A stretch of DNA of 64,000 nt from the IMG/VR virus record IMGVR_UViG_3300014059_000005, positions 32,001 through 96,000 of that record; one strand, given 5' to 3'. Below, piece by piece: positions 47,992 to 58,009 of this stretch (positions within the stretch are counted from its first letter, which is position 1; each line of letters begins with the position of its first letter). Source of the DNA: a virus. Lineage: Duplodnaviria; Caudoviricetes. The position numbers and the translations under genes are program-made. The notes beneath the pieces were generated by a model. It was not told the DNA's origin. It saw only the letters and a program-made list of their open reading frames with translations, and ran no database searches.

Positions 47992-49395
47992 ATGGCTATC
48001 AGTTTTAATAGCGCAACAGGAAACTTGTTTAACCGTCTGGGCTCCGTTGGTGCCCTGATCGCCAACGCCCGAACCCACCAGTTGATCCAGTTGACCGCCA
48101 TGACGAACACCACTACGGGCGTGGTGGCCGAGTACAACTCGGAATCCGACATCCAGGCCATCATGGGGTCGAGCTACATCAGCATCCTCCAGTCCATCGG
48201 TTCGACGGTCAGTTCCACCTGTCAGCAGATAGCCGAACAGACGGTCAATCGCATGGTGTTCCGGGATTTCGCCCGGCTCAACCAGAACCTGACCCAGACC
48301 AACACCTTGGGTTCTCTGGTGGAGATCATCCGTCAGATGCAAGCTGCTGGAGCCACGGTTCTGGCCATGACCATTGGAGCATCTTCCACAGCCTTCACCG
48401 GAGATGGTAATGGTGTCGTCAACGTCTCCACCAAGAGGCCCTACGATGGCCTGGTCCTGGAGAATGCCTTTGCCGAGACCATCACCTATACCTGTAGCGC
48501 GGACTCCTACTCAGGTGGTGCTACCGAGGGTGCGGAGGTCTTCTCGGTAAACGGTCAGGGATCCCAGTCCGATCTATTTGCCTTCGACTGGCCTCTGGGA
48601 TCCAATGCCCAGACCACGCTCACCGCGATCGATGGAGATTCGGATAACACCAACGGTAATCTTCTGACCAACTCGGGGTTCGCTTCCTGGACGGGCAATA
48701 CTCCAGATTACTTCACCATCGAGGTGGGCACAGCTGGGACCAATGTGGTCAAGGAAGCTAGCATCGTCTACTCCGGTAGTTATTCGATGGCCCTCCCTGG
48801 GGATGGAACCACGCAGGTAGACATCCAGCAGGTGTTCGACGATAGCACTGGAACCCTGGGAACACTGTCCCCGCAGACCCAGTATTCGTTCAACATCTTC
48901 CTGCGACGGGGTGGGACGGAGATCGGTAGCGGTGTCCTCCAGGTGGCCCTGGTAGACGCCGATGGAGACATCCTCCAGGATGTGGCTGGGGTCAACAATT
49001 CCTTCAATATCGATCTGACCAATCTCAACACGGTGTTCACTGCCTACACGGGGGTGTTCCGTACCGGACAGATCCTGCCAGATACCGTCTACTTGCGATT
49101 GCTCCAGACCACTCCCATCCAGTCGAGTCGGACGGTCTACGCTGGCAAGATGAGTCTGGGTATCATGTCCCAGTTCTACACCTGTGGTCCATTCCTGGCG
49201 ATCCACTCGGGGTCAGATCCGTTCCTATTTGGAGATTATGCCTACACCACCATCACCAACAGTAGAGGATCTGGAGGGACGCTGAACACCTGGCAAACTT
49301 GCATGGCGCGTTTGTTCAGTAGTTATGTGTACAGTAATGAACTCTTGTTCCCCTCATCGGCCAGTCCTACTATCAGCGATTCGCTGATTGCTTAA
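47992..49395 (+). CDS. Virion structural protein with CBM-like beta domain
   Basis: NLLTNSGFASW...YSGSYS motif; Thr/Gly/Ser-rich. Confidence 0.6.
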   Translation: MAISFNSATGNLFNRLGSVGALIANARTHQLIQLTAMTNTTTGVVAEYNSESDIQAIMGSSYISILQSIGSTVSSTCQQIAEQTVNRMVFRDFARLNQNLTQTNTLGSLVEIIRQMQAAGATVLAMTIGASSTAFTGDGNGVVNVSTKRPYDGLVLENAFAETITYTCSADSYSGGATEGAEVFSVNGQGSQSDLFAFDWPLGSNAQTTLTAIDGDSDNTNGNLLTNSGFASWTGNTPDYFTIEVGTAGTNVVKEASIVYSGSYSMALPGDGTTQVDIQQVFDDSTGTLGTLSPQTQYSFNIFLRRGGTEIGSGVLQVALVDADGDILQDVAGVNNSFNIDLTNLNTVFTAYTGVFRTGQILPDTVYLRLLQTTPIQSSRTVYAGKMSLGIMSQFYTCGPFLAIHSGSDPFLFGDYAYTTITNSRGSGGTLNTWQTCMARLFSSYVYSNELLFPSSASPTISDSLIA

Positions 49396-49477
49396 AGATA
49401 TCAATTGTCCGGTATTATCTGCTTGTCGCTGTCTATCCGAGAGACTATCCTAATGGATCCATCGGATACAGGACATC

Positions 49478-50329
49478 ATGACGCAAATCGATATCACCAT
49501 CGTCTATCTGACCCATCGACCCGGTGGGATCGATATGCTGGCAGAATCTCTGCGGCACCAGATCCCAACTTACGAACTGGTGGTCATCGACGGTTATCCT
49601 GGCAGAGTCGAGCGGGGTGTGGCCAGACAGTATCTGCTGGATGCCGGGGTACGACTGGCCCACTATGGCAAGCCCAAACCCCGATCCTATCCTGGATCTG
49701 CAACTGGGTTCGCCAACGCCATGAACACGGGGGCTCTGTGGGTACGTTCTCCCTACGTCGTATTCCTGCACGATTTCACCTACATGCTCCCAGGAGCCAT
49801 TAGTCAGTGGATGGTGTGCCGTAGGTTCCATCCCGCCAGGAGTCTGATCTCTGGCATTGCTTCGATGCGTGATGTCCAGCCCCCAGAGAATACCACCGAT
49901 CTGTCCTTGTGGGGCGACCCCGGCACCTGTCTGCGCAATCTCTACAACGAGACCGAGCGATGGGTGCCCCGGAAGTTCGAGTTGTTCTACGCAGGATTTC
50001 CCATCGATTTCATAACGGCTATCAATGGCTTCGACGAGCGAGCCGATACTGGGCACATCAACTGGACCTATGCTTCGGTGATCCATCAAGCTGAAGCCCA
50101 CGAATACTCCCTCCGAGTCGATCCCCGATTGGAGGTCATCATGGGCAATCACCGCAAATGGGGCGAATCCGAATCGGACTCCCCAGATTCGGGAAACTCG
50201 AAATTGTGGTATCCTGCCAGAGAGCCCGAAGCCAAAGTGAAAAGGCCGGAATGGCTCCCGGCCTCGCCCAATCCCTACACGTTCAGAAATTTGCGTAAGA
50301 TGTACAGCGAACTGGAGCGATTGCTCTAA
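49478..50329 (+). CDS. GT-A fold (GT2-like) glycosyltransferase within tail module
   Basis: YELVVIDG...NAMNTGA...YVVFLHD...AINGFDER. Confidence 0.75.
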   Translation: MTQIDITIVYLTHRPGGIDMLAESLRHQIPTYELVVIDGYPGRVERGVARQYLLDAGVRLAHYGKPKPRSYPGSATGFANAMNTGALWVRSPYVVFLHDFTYMLPGAISQWMVCRRFHPARSLISGIASMRDVQPPENTTDLSLWGDPGTCLRNLYNETERWVPRKFELFYAGFPIDFITAINGFDERADTGHINWTYASVIHQAEAHEYSLRVDPRLEVIMGNHRKWGESESDSPDSGNSKLWYPAREPEAKVKRPEWLPASPNPYTFRNLRKMYSELERLL

Positions 50330-50370
50330 TAGATCGGTTGTTCTGACAGGCTGCCCCGACAGGAATTCCT

Positions 50371-53232
50371 ATGGCTTTCTCCTACCAGATGACATTCGGC
50401 GAGGTTCCGTTTTGCGGAGATACCGCGACGGTCTACCGTATGCCCATGAAGGTCCCCGAGGGTGAGGAATCGACCAAGGAGGGGATGGCACCCTTCAAGC
50501 ACCAACCCATGACGGAGTTGCTGGAGGAACTGGATAGGCTCATCCCTTTCCGGAATATCCACGATCTGCCTGGTATGGGCTATCTCAGCAAGAACCTGTG
50601 CTCGATCGCCCACAAGAACCCTCCCAATGTCGATCCCAGCCACAACGTCCATATCAATGATTTCTACTACCCCAACTGCATTACTCGTTGGGGGGTATTC
50701 CGGGGCCTGGTGACATCCACCAACGTCAAGGAGATGCTGAAATTGACCAGAGGAACCGATCCTCTGGAATTCGTGATGAAGTGCATGCCCAGCAGTGCCA
50801 GTAACGGCAGCAGCACCGCTGACTACACGATCACCACGGAAATGTACATGCTCCCTCCCCACAATCTGGTGGAGCATGGAGGCAGATTCGATGGGCTCTA
50901 TCTCGTCACCCTGGTGGATGATCGCTACTATCTCCAGGACTATGTAGCAACTTTGCACTATGCTCAGGACGCCGTCTGGGCAGACCTGCTCGATGATCTA
51001 GCAGCGGTCCTCGGTATCACCCTGACCTACGACGATGTGGAGGAGGTCTACTCCCGTCCCGATGGAGACAGCCAACTCTGGACCACCAATGAGTCGGCCA
51101 CGGTACTCCTGGATGCAGTAGCATTCAACATCGGCAGGGTCGTGGTACGGAAACTGGACGGGACCTACGAATTGCAATCGGTCGATGACGCCTACTCCAC
51201 GGTGCTCCTCAACCGTGGCAGCGTCAATAGCGTGGTCCGAGTGGCAGGCGGTAGCTTCTTCGAGAACCCCAACCCCTTTCCCGTGGGGTCCCTGGAGGAA
51301 GCCAAGAACTCCGCTGTGCCCTCTCAGGTGCAGGTGAATTTCCCCTACTACGTCACCCAGGATCCCCAGGGGAACATCCCCCATCTGCTCAACGCCCGCA
51401 CTACCAACCAGAGACCCTCTACCTGGACCGAGGACGCTCATGGTGGTCTGTTCTCGGTGTTCGTGCCCATCCGTAGTGGTGGCATCTATGTCTCCGGGAA
51501 GGCGGGCACGGGGACAGCACAAATCTACGACACAGCCAAGGCCCTGATCTCGGGAGAAATCCATGCGGTCAGCGGTCTCGATCCTTACAACGCCTCGGGC
51601 CTGACCGCACTGGCCATGAAACTGGCACAGGACAGGTACGGTTTCCTGGCGGCAGCATCCCTGGATGAGGTCTATCCCGGTGTCTACAACTGGGAGCCCG
51701 ATGGTATCCACGACATCGTCTGGACCATCTCCGAGAAACGTCACGGGGCCTTTACCCGGGTCCTGCGATCGCCCTGGTCGCAATCAATCGACTATTTCCA
51801 GCATGCCATGCCAGAGTTGTCTGGGGTCTATACCACGGTCGCGTTCGGGGTAGGGGGCAAATCAGTCCCTCAGACCGTTCGGGACTCCTACGGGGCCTCT
51901 GGGACGTTCGTGGGCATGTCTGGAGCGTCCAGAACGATTCGGGCCAAACTGACGACGAAGTTATTCTCGGGGGATGCCTACGCCATACTCAATGGTGTGG
52001 ACTTCTTGCCTACCCAGAACCGCTGGCGGGCACAGATCGTGTCCTCGGGATTCAACCTGTCGGGATTACCCTACATCGCCCGCGAGGTGGTCCTGTTCGA
52101 GGGTACATCGGGAGGCATGTACTTCATCTCCGTGGGAGGAGCCCCGGTCCTGGTATCCCCTGGATACAGTCCTGGGATCGAGGAGCCACTACCCCGACAG
52201 CTAGCAGTCCAGATCGTCCAGCGGGGTGTCGATGGCACATTCATCCCCGAGCAACACAATGTCAGTGGCGAGGTCTGGGAAGTTCTTCCCGACACGGTGT
52301 ACGGGGCCAATGTGGTGTCCCACGAGAAGGGACAGTTCAACTTCCACAAGGCGTGGACCTCGGGAGGAGTACAGGAAGTCAGCATCGTCCCTCAGACCCA
52401 GAGCGTGTTCGTCCTCGATGGCTCTGGGGCGATCATCAATCACCGGCTCATGCAGTCGGGAGTGCTCAATACCTTCGATCCCACAAGAGTGTCCGGACAA
52501 TGGGTGCTCAACGAGTACGTCTGGGTTACAGAGCGGAATACCAATATCTTCGCCAACTCTGGACTACTCCACTCTGGGAATCTGTCGGGGGGAAGTATCT
52601 CGGGACAGGTGTCCTACTCGGGTATGTACTTCTCAGGACTCAATCAGAGCGGGCACAACTTCGGCCCACTCCTGTCTGGATGCCGATTCGACGGCCAGCT
52701 AGTTGGGTTCAGTATTCGGGAGTCGGGTAAGGTGTCGGCCCCGGTCTACGCCGTGGACATGGGAGGAGGTGCCGATGGCACCTTCCTGGCCCAGTTGGTG
52801 GAAAAGAACTACTCAGGTAACACCATTCGCTACTACTGGTGGCCAGTCCAGGACGTCATCGCCACCACGGAGATCACCGGGGAGCCCTATCTCGACTACG
52901 AGATCATCAACGAGAACGACTACTGGAACAACTACCTCGTCAAGCCTCCCTGCTTCCATGAGCAGAATATCGACCTGCCCGTCTTCCCCCTGCTCCCATT
53001 CGAGGTGGGTGGTACGACCTATAGCGGTGGTGGTATCCAACCTTTGAGTATCGTGCGACTACGTCAGGGAGCCGGAAACTTCTATCTATGCAATCAGAAG
53101 CCCTGGGAGGATCTATTCCGCAGGACGTCGGATTCGGATGCTCAGGGGGTCGTAGCCTACCACTACTTCTACAACCAGAACACGAGCGCCTTCCAGGACG
53201 GGCAGGAAGTGCGTCTGATCGTACCATCTTGA
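50371..53232 (+). CDS. Large tail/baseplate hub-like protein, Ser-Gly-rich C-half
   Basis: LYLVTLVDDRY...LLDAVAFNIGRVVVRKLDG; 953 aa in the tail-tip region. Confidence 0.6.
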   Translation: MAFSYQMTFGEVPFCGDTATVYRMPMKVPEGEESTKEGMAPFKHQPMTELLEELDRLIPFRNIHDLPGMGYLSKNLCSIAHKNPPNVDPSHNVHINDFYYPNCITRWGVFRGLVTSTNVKEMLKLTRGTDPLEFVMKCMPSSASNGSSTADYTITTEMYMLPPHNLVEHGGRFDGLYLVTLVDDRYYLQDYVATLHYAQDAVWADLLDDLAAVLGITLTYDDVEEVYSRPDGDSQLWTTNESATVLLDAVAFNIGRVVVRKLDGTYELQSVDDAYSTVLLNRGSVNSVVRVAGGSFFENPNPFPVGSLEEAKNSAVPSQVQVNFPYYVTQDPQGNIPHLLNARTTNQRPSTWTEDAHGGLFSVFVPIRSGGIYVSGKAGTGTAQIYDTAKALISGEIHAVSGLDPYNASGLTALAMKLAQDRYGFLAAASLDEVYPGVYNWEPDGIHDIVWTISEKRHGAFTRVLRSPWSQSIDYFQHAMPELSGVYTTVAFGVGGKSVPQTVRDSYGASGTFVGMSGASRTIRAKLTTKLFSGDAYAILNGVDFLPTQNRWRAQIVSSGFNLSGLPYIAREVVLFEGTSGGMYFISVGGAPVLVSPGYSPGIEEPLPRQLAVQIVQRGVDGTFIPEQHNVSGEVWEVLPDTVYGANVVSHEKGQFNFHKAWTSGGVQEVSIVPQTQSVFVLDGSGAIINHRLMQSGVLNTFDPTRVSGQWVLNEYVWVTERNTNIFANSGLLHSGNLSGGSISGQVSYSGMYFSGLNQSGHNFGPLLSGCRFDGQLVGFSIRESGKVSAPVYAVDMGGGADGTFLAQLVEKNYSGNTIRYYWWPVQDVIATTEITGEPYLDYEIINENDYWNNYLVKPPCFHEQNIDLPVFPLLPFEVGGTTYSGGGIQPLSIVRLRQGAGNFYLCNQKPWEDLFRRTSDSDAQGVVAYHYFYNQNTSAFQDGQEVRLIVPS

Positions 53233-53283
53233 TTCTCAATGTCTTGATTCCAATGTCCTGATTGTGGTCCACGGGAGAGATCC

Positions 53284-54576
53284 ATGCCTTCGGTGTTCTG
53301 GGGCAGACACATTGGCTACACCGAAGTGGAGGTCGATGGTGAGCTTACCGTCGTCCCCCAGGTGGAGGAATTACCGTTTGGTAACTGTGGCCTGGACAAG
53401 AGTTTGATCGGTGGTAGGCATGTCTCCTACACCCCTTATGATCCCGCCTTTATCGTCCCGATGGGTGTGCCCATTGTCGCTACACCCCTGGACTGTTGCG
53501 AGTCGATCTCCAAGGAGGATCCGCAGACCGAATGCTTCCTGGGCCTGGGCACCGCCTACGACAAGATGGTGGCGATGACCCTGAACGTGGAGAATTGCTA
53601 CGAGGCTCAGAGGCAGAGGGTGTCATTCATCTTCAACGGCGGGACATGGCCTCCCTTCGTCATCAACCCGGCATGTACCCCGCTCAACTATCCAGGAGCG
53701 GGGTACTGGGTGGGTGGTATGACGTTACGCGGTGGCGATGTGACATTCATCATCTCCTGCGAGCCAGGAGTAGGACCTGAATTCATACCCAACTTCCGTC
53801 TGTCCTGGACGGGATGCGATGAGGGTTGTGCAGAGGCCATCCCTGATTGTCTGGACCCACTACTCATCAACTTTGGCAACATAACACTCAGCAACTGCTG
53901 TGGCTGTCCTGATAGCACTGCCTCGGGGACGATCAACGCCTACATCTCCAGTGGTTGCAAGCAGACGGTGTTCGCCCGACACGTCAGTTACAACCGCCAG
54001 GGAGTTCCGATCGTTGCCAAGACCAGTAGTTGTCTATACAACGCCGAGCCCGTCGAGAGTTGTACGCTGGCCCAGTGTGGTCTGATCGCCACCATCGACT
54101 CGTCGGATGAATGTGCCTGCATGAGTGGTATCCATGTCCTGGAGTGGCTGCTCATCCGCTGGGAATCCCTTACCACCATGTGCGGTAACTCAGCTACCAT
54201 CCACCTGGACTGTACCGATCTGGGGATAATCGATCATGTTTCCTATGTGCAACTGGACCTGTCGATCGTCTGCGGTGCCGACACCACAGGGGGTGCATCG
54301 ATGGTGATTCCGGCCCTCGACCTGGTGAACCTGGACGTGACGTTCGAGGATGTTCCCATTTCGGGTCCGGGGTCTGGGTGCGCAGGGAACTGTCAGTGGC
54401 AGTGGGCTGAGATGCCCATGACCTGGTCGCAGATCACCTTTTGCTCTGGTGGCTGCTCCTGTGCCGAGCCCAGCTTCCCAGGAACGGTGGACGGGCAAAT
54501 CGCCTACACCAACTGCACAGGTGCTAGCACCGCCTGTTGCAATGGCTATATCGATGTGAGGATCACAAGAGAATGA
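53284..54576 (+). CDS. Cysteine-rich tail-associated protein with internal duplication
   Basis: Very high Cys content; repeated RHVSY...GVPIVA. Confidence 0.65.
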   Translation: MPSVFWGRHIGYTEVEVDGELTVVPQVEELPFGNCGLDKSLIGGRHVSYTPYDPAFIVPMGVPIVATPLDCCESISKEDPQTECFLGLGTAYDKMVAMTLNVENCYEAQRQRVSFIFNGGTWPPFVINPACTPLNYPGAGYWVGGMTLRGGDVTFIISCEPGVGPEFIPNFRLSWTGCDEGCAEAIPDCLDPLLINFGNITLSNCCGCPDSTASGTINAYISSGCKQTVFARHVSYNRQGVPIVAKTSSCLYNAEPVESCTLAQCGLIATIDSSDECACMSGIHVLEWLLIRWESLTTMCGNSATIHLDCTDLGIIDHVSYVQLDLSIVCGADTTGGASMVIPALDLVNLDVTFEDVPISGPGSGCAGNCQWQWAEMPMTWSQITFCSGGCSCAEPSFPGTVDGQIAYTNCTGASTACCNGYIDVRITRE

Positions 54577-55199
54577 GCACCAGTAAACAACATGAGGGCC
54601 TGGCCAGTCAGCCGAATCACGACTTTCGGCCTGAGCCTCCTTGCGAGTGCCCCGGACCTGGATTCTGCCAGCGATATCAGATCAAGCAGTTCGACCACCA
54701 CTGGCGACTGTGCTCGGGTAACTGTCTGCCGGAGCGCCCCTGCACCGAGGCGGTCTCCCAGGCCATGCGGCGGCAATGGCGAAAGAAACTGGAGGCCAAA
54801 CTCAAGGGCACCCCTGGACCCAACATTCTTACCAAGATCGCCAACCTTACCAGGGCTGTCACCCGGGGCGTGGCCAAGAACGGAGCCAGGGTCTTCCAGA
54901 AGGTCCCCCTGGAGGTCTATGAGGAGCGTAGACGGATCTGCGACTCTTGCGATGCCCGGAACCCAGAGAAAGATATTTGTACTCATCCCAAATGTGGTTG
55001 TGGTCTCAAGAGAAGGTTGGTGGCTGGAACATTATCCATGCTCGGCAAGCTAGAGGTATCGACGGAAAAGTGCCCCATGTTAAAATGGACGGAGTATACG
55101 GGACCCACGGAAACGGAGACCTTGCCAGGATCCCTGCCTGTGATCCCAGCCCCACCCAATACCCCGACCGAAACTCCACCGGAGACAGGACGTGCCTAG
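54573..55199 (+). CDS. Cys-rich zinc-binding protein
   Basis: CECPGPGFC...; R..IC.SC...C....CGC.L...K......CP..KW. Confidence 0.65.
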   Translation: MSTSKQHEGLASQPNHDFRPEPPCECPGPGFCQRYQIKQFDHHWRLCSGNCLPERPCTEAVSQAMRRQWRKKLEAKLKGTPGPNILTKIANLTRAVTRGVAKNGARVFQKVPLEVYEERRRICDSCDARNPEKDICTHPKCGCGLKRRLVAGTLSMLGKLEVSTEKCPMLKWTEYTGPTETETLPGSLPVIPAPPNTPTETPPETGRA

Positions 55200-55524
55200 C
55201 TACAGCGATTTCAGCATGGGGTACGTCGATGGCTCGCTCACCGTGGGCCTGTCTCCCCCGGACAATATCCAGGGGTGGTCGATCCGCTTCTCCATGATGA
55301 AGCGCAATGGCGGGACACCGTTTCTCTACGCCTATGCCGCTAGTGGCTACAACAACGTCTCCGGTATCCAGATCACGAATTTCACAATCGGTACGATGGT
55401 GGTCTCTCTACCTCAATCCTCGGTCTCGGGGCAAGATCCCGGGGCCTACTACTATGTCCTGGAACGAACCGACTCGGGTAGCGCAGGCCCATTGGTCCAG
55501 GGCTATCGGGTGATGTGGCCATGA
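55192..55524 (+). CDS. BppU-like/Ig-like virion protein
   Basis: I.GWSIRFS...G...V.L.......PGAYYY...RTDSG. Confidence 0.55.
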   Translation: MPSYSDFSMGYVDGSLTVGLSPPDNIQGWSIRFSMMKRNGGTPFLYAYAASGYNNVSGIQITNFTIGTMVVSLPQSSVSGQDPGAYYYVLERTDSGSAGPLVQGYRVMWP

Positions 55525-55838
55525 CCAGCGATGAATGGATCAGGTCTGGTGACTGGCAGGAGGTCAAGAGCACCAACGTCAAGGCGTACCGCTACCTTCG
55601 CAGGGAACGGATGCTCCAGGTTCAGTTCCTGGGGACCGCCAAGAAGATCCGGGAGCCGGTCTACAAGGTTCACGATGTCACCGACATGGTAGCCAGGACG
55701 TTCTTCCTGGTGGATAGCAAGGGGAAGTTCTATGCTCGGTACATCAAGGATTCCTACCACGTCACCGGGCCATTCCACTCACTACTACGAACCCTGGCGA
55801 TCGATACCCATAAGTTGTTCGAGCAGGAAGATTTCTAG
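55521..55838 (+). CDS. KTSC-domain protein
   Basis: VKSTNV...Y...LQVQF...Y...V......F....SKGKFYARYIK. Confidence 0.75.
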   Translation: MTSDEWIRSGDWQEVKSTNVKAYRYLRRERMLQVQFLGTAKKIREPVYKVHDVTDMVARTFFLVDSKGKFYARYIKDSYHVTGPFHSLLRTLAIDTHKLFEQEDF

Positions 55839-55867
55839 GAAGGAGAAAGGATCACGGATAGGACTTT

Positions 55868-56122
55868 TCATGGTGATGTGGGCGTGCTAGATTGTGAGGG
55901 GTTGAAAGGGGATAAGGGGCTGGGATCTTCGGGTCCTGGCCCCTTATTATTTGTCTTTCTGAGGACAAGACGAAATCCGTAGTAGTCGGAGAGTGCCCTT
56001 GACACATTGTAGTTGCGATAGCAAGAGTAGGCGTTCGATGGTTGATAGGATAACGCACCGCCTCGGAGCAACCGGAACGGTCTCTGAGTGAGAATCGGTT
56101 TGGGTCTTGCGATAAGGATCAT
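55868..56122 (-). CDS. Variable CLec/FGE mini-cassette N (C-terminally extended)
   Basis: MILIARPKPI...LLRGGALS...YSCYR...YGFRLVLRK. Confidence 0.75.
   Translation of the reverse strand: MILIARPKPILTQRPFRLLRGGALSYQPSNAYSCYRNYNVSRALSDYYGFRLVLRKTNNKGPGPEDPSPLSPFNPSQSSTPTSP
55912..55952. terminator. Hairpin terminator at the convergence of the two transcription units
   Basis: ATAAGGGGCTGGGATC-TTCG-GGTCCTGGCCCCTTAT, 16-bp stem with cUUCGg loop, followed by TATTT. Confidence 0.75.
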
Positions 56123-56295
56123 GGTATTCTCTTGCGGAGAATTATCCGGAAGCCCAAGAAGTCGATCCGGTCCGTAGGCCCGGCCCAGTCACGGTTCGCC
56201 GACCGACAAGATAGACTGCGGTAGTACCAGCCACCGCCCTGTAGCACCCGGTAGGAGCCATCGATGATCGGTCTAGATCTAGCAATCAGGATCAT
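56119..56295 (-). CDS. Variable CLec/FGE mini-cassette M
   Basis: MILIARSRPIIDGSYRVLQGGGWYYRSLSCRSANRDWAGPTDRIDFLGFRIILRKRIP; ATGA overlaps. Confidence 0.8.
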   Translation of the reverse strand: MILIARSRPIIDGSYRVLQGGGWYYRSLSCRSANRDWAGPTDRIDFLGFRIILRKRIP

Positions 56296-56483
56296 TTATC
56301 CCTCTTTCTGAGGATTACTCGAAAGCCCAGACCACCACAGCGAAAACTTTCCGGGTTCCAGATTCTATGCCACGAACTGGATCGCCAGACCATGCTCTGG
56401 AAGCCGCCACCTCGGATGGTATGGGAAACACACTGGGAAGCGATCAGGGACACCAGGGTCCCTGATCGCTTCACCAGAATCAC
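56292..56483 (-). CDS. Variable CLec/FGE mini-cassette L
   Basis: GTG start overlapping the scaffold stop; TIRGGGF...LGFRVILRKRDK. Confidence 0.75.
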   Translation of the reverse strand: MILVKRSGTLVSLIASQCVSHTIRGGGFQSMVWRSSSWHRIWNPESFRCGGLGFRVILRKRDK

Positions 56484-57298
56484 TGGGAGCCTCCGGACTC
56501 TCCAGACTCCCGAAGGGCCTTTTCTGCCGCCTCGACTTCCTTTTTGTACCTCTGGGCATCATAGAGGCAGGCACACCACTCCCAGACGTTGCCGTGCATG
56601 TCGTAGAGGCCAAAGGCATTACAGGGATAGGATCCCACCGGGGTGGTCCGGTTGATCTTCTCATCGAAGTTGGCCATGTCGTGGGTCAGAGTGCTGCCAA
56701 AGGTGTAGGCGCTCCGGGTGCCGCCTCGACAGGAATACTCCCACTCGTACTCGGTGGGTAGTTCGTAGTAGTATCCCTTGGCGATCTCCTCGGGCAGTTC
56801 GGAGAGTTTCTTGCAATACTCCTGGGCGTCGTGCCAGGACACATTTTCCACGGGGTGGCCGGGGTGCTTGAAGGACGTGGATGGATTGGTGCTCATCACC
56901 TTCTCCCACTCCCTCTGGGTAACGGGAAAGGTCCCCATGTACAGACCTTCCATCTGCACCAGGTGCTGGGGACCTTCATCGGAATGACGATGGGGCTCAC
57001 TGTCCGGAGAGCCCATGACATTGATGCCGGGAGGAGTGACCTTGAATTCCATGCCGATCGAGTTGACGATCCTTGGCATGACCACCGGGACCTTTTCCAG
57101 GAGCATGGCCTGGATCTGCTTCTCCACCTCGGGATCGTAGGAATCCGGATCGAGTTGGTTCAGGGTCATCCGTAGGAGTCGTGCGGATTGCTCCCGACCT
57201 TCTTCGATCAGGGCATCGGTGAGGGCAAACCACCCCGTGGTGTCATTGGGGTCGATGGTGAGAGCGTGCAGGATCGAATCGGTGTCGGTGAAGGCCAT
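56480..57298 (-). CDS. TIGR02996-like domain + FGE-sulfatase (CLec fold) scaffold lacking the C-terminal variable segment
   Basis: ILHALTIDPNDTTGWFALTDALIEEG; NSIGMEF..PPG...MGS; PVTQ; PVENVSW.DA; LPTEYEWEY.CRGG; NAFGLYDMHGNVWEWC, then a charged helix and stop; own AAGGA RBS. Confidence 0.9.
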   Translation of the reverse strand: MAFTDTDSILHALTIDPNDTTGWFALTDALIEEGREQSARLLRMTLNQLDPDSYDPEVEKQIQAMLLEKVPVVMPRIVNSIGMEFKVTPPGINVMGSPDSEPHRHSDEGPQHLVQMEGLYMGTFPVTQREWEKVMSTNPSTSFKHPGHPVENVSWHDAQEYCKKLSELPEEIAKGYYYELPTEYEWEYSCRGGTRSAYTFGSTLTHDMANFDEKINRTTPVGSYPCNAFGLYDMHGNVWEWCACLYDAQRYKKEVEAAEKALRESGESGGSQ

Positions 57299-57487
57299 AG
57301 TGGACTTTCCTTGTGTAAGGGACTTACGGAGAACACGAAAACCAAAGAAGTTGTACCAGTTTGCTGGTTCACAGGCGTTTCGGTACGTCAACCGGCAATA
57401 CATCGCAAGAGATAGCCAGCAACCACCTCGAAATATCCGATATGGGGAATCGGGGTATGTTGTTCGCAAGGTAGTGGTGAGAATCAT
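57299..57487 (-). CDS. Variable mini-cassette K, fused in frame to the scaffold N-terminus
   Basis: MILTTTLRTTYPDSPYRIFRGGCWLSLAMYCRLTYRNACEPANWYNFFGFRVLRKSLTQGKST, no stop before ATG 57298. Confidence 0.75.
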
Positions 57488-57663
57488 TTCTCTTTTTTCT
57501 TTCTGAGAGCAACCCGGAAGCCCATGTCGTTGTATCGTAATGTTGGTCTGTACCCGATGCGGTACGACGACCTGTAGTTCCGGCCGACGCAGCCCCAGCA
57601 ACCACCCCGGCTCATCCAGAGGGAACCCTGAATGATCGGCCCAGGTTTAGCAATGAGGATCAT
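57484..57663 (-). CDS. Variable CLec/FGE mini-cassette J
   Basis: MILIAKPGPIIQGSLWMSRGGCWGCVGRNYRSSYRIGYRPTLRYNDMGFRVALRKKKEK. Confidence 0.8.
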   Translation of the reverse strand: MILIAKPGPIIQGSLWMSRGGCWGCVGRNYRSSYRIGYRPTLRYNDMGFRVALRKKKEK

Positions 57664-57836
57664 CAGCCCCTCTTTCTGAGGATTGCCCGGAAGCCCAGGA
57701 GGTTGTCCCGGAGCATCGGCACGAGCCTGAGGCAGCGTGCCGACCGGCAGTTCTGGCCGGGGCTGTACCAGCAGCCGCCCCGGATCACCTGGAAGGAGCC
57801 CTGGAGGATCGGTCCAGGTCTAGCGATCAGGATCAT
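57663..57836 (-). CDS. Variable CLec/FGE mini-cassette I
   Basis: MILIARPGPILQGSFQVIRGGCWYSPGQNCRSARCLRLVPMLRDNLLGFRAILRKRG. Confidence 0.8.
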   Translation of the reverse strand: MILIARPGPILQGSFQVIRGGCWYSPGQNCRSARCLRLVPMLRDNLLGFRAILRKRG

Positions 57837-58009
57837 CTCGACCTCTTTCTCAGGATCACCCGGAAGCCCAGATCGTGGTCCCGTTTCGGCGGCACGACCC
57901 TGCGGCGGTCCGCCGACCGGCAGTACAGGCCGTGACCGTTCCAGCAGCCGCCCCGGAACACCCGGTAGGAGCCCTGAATAATTGATTTAGGTTTAGCAAT
58001 CAGGATCAT
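57833..58009 (-). CDS. Variable CLec/FGE mini-cassette H
   Basis: MILIAKPKSIIQGSYRVFRGGCWNGHGLYCRSADRRRVVPPKRDHDLGFRVILRKRSR. Confidence 0.8.
   Translation of the reverse strand: MILIAKPKSIIQGSYRVFRGGCWNGHGLYCRSADRRRVVPPKRDHDLGFRVILRKRSR

Noticed and set aside
56480-57601. 373-aa ORF as listed in the ORF track
   Set aside because: Its first 38 codons are an off-frame reading of cassette J; plausible starts are 57487 and 57298
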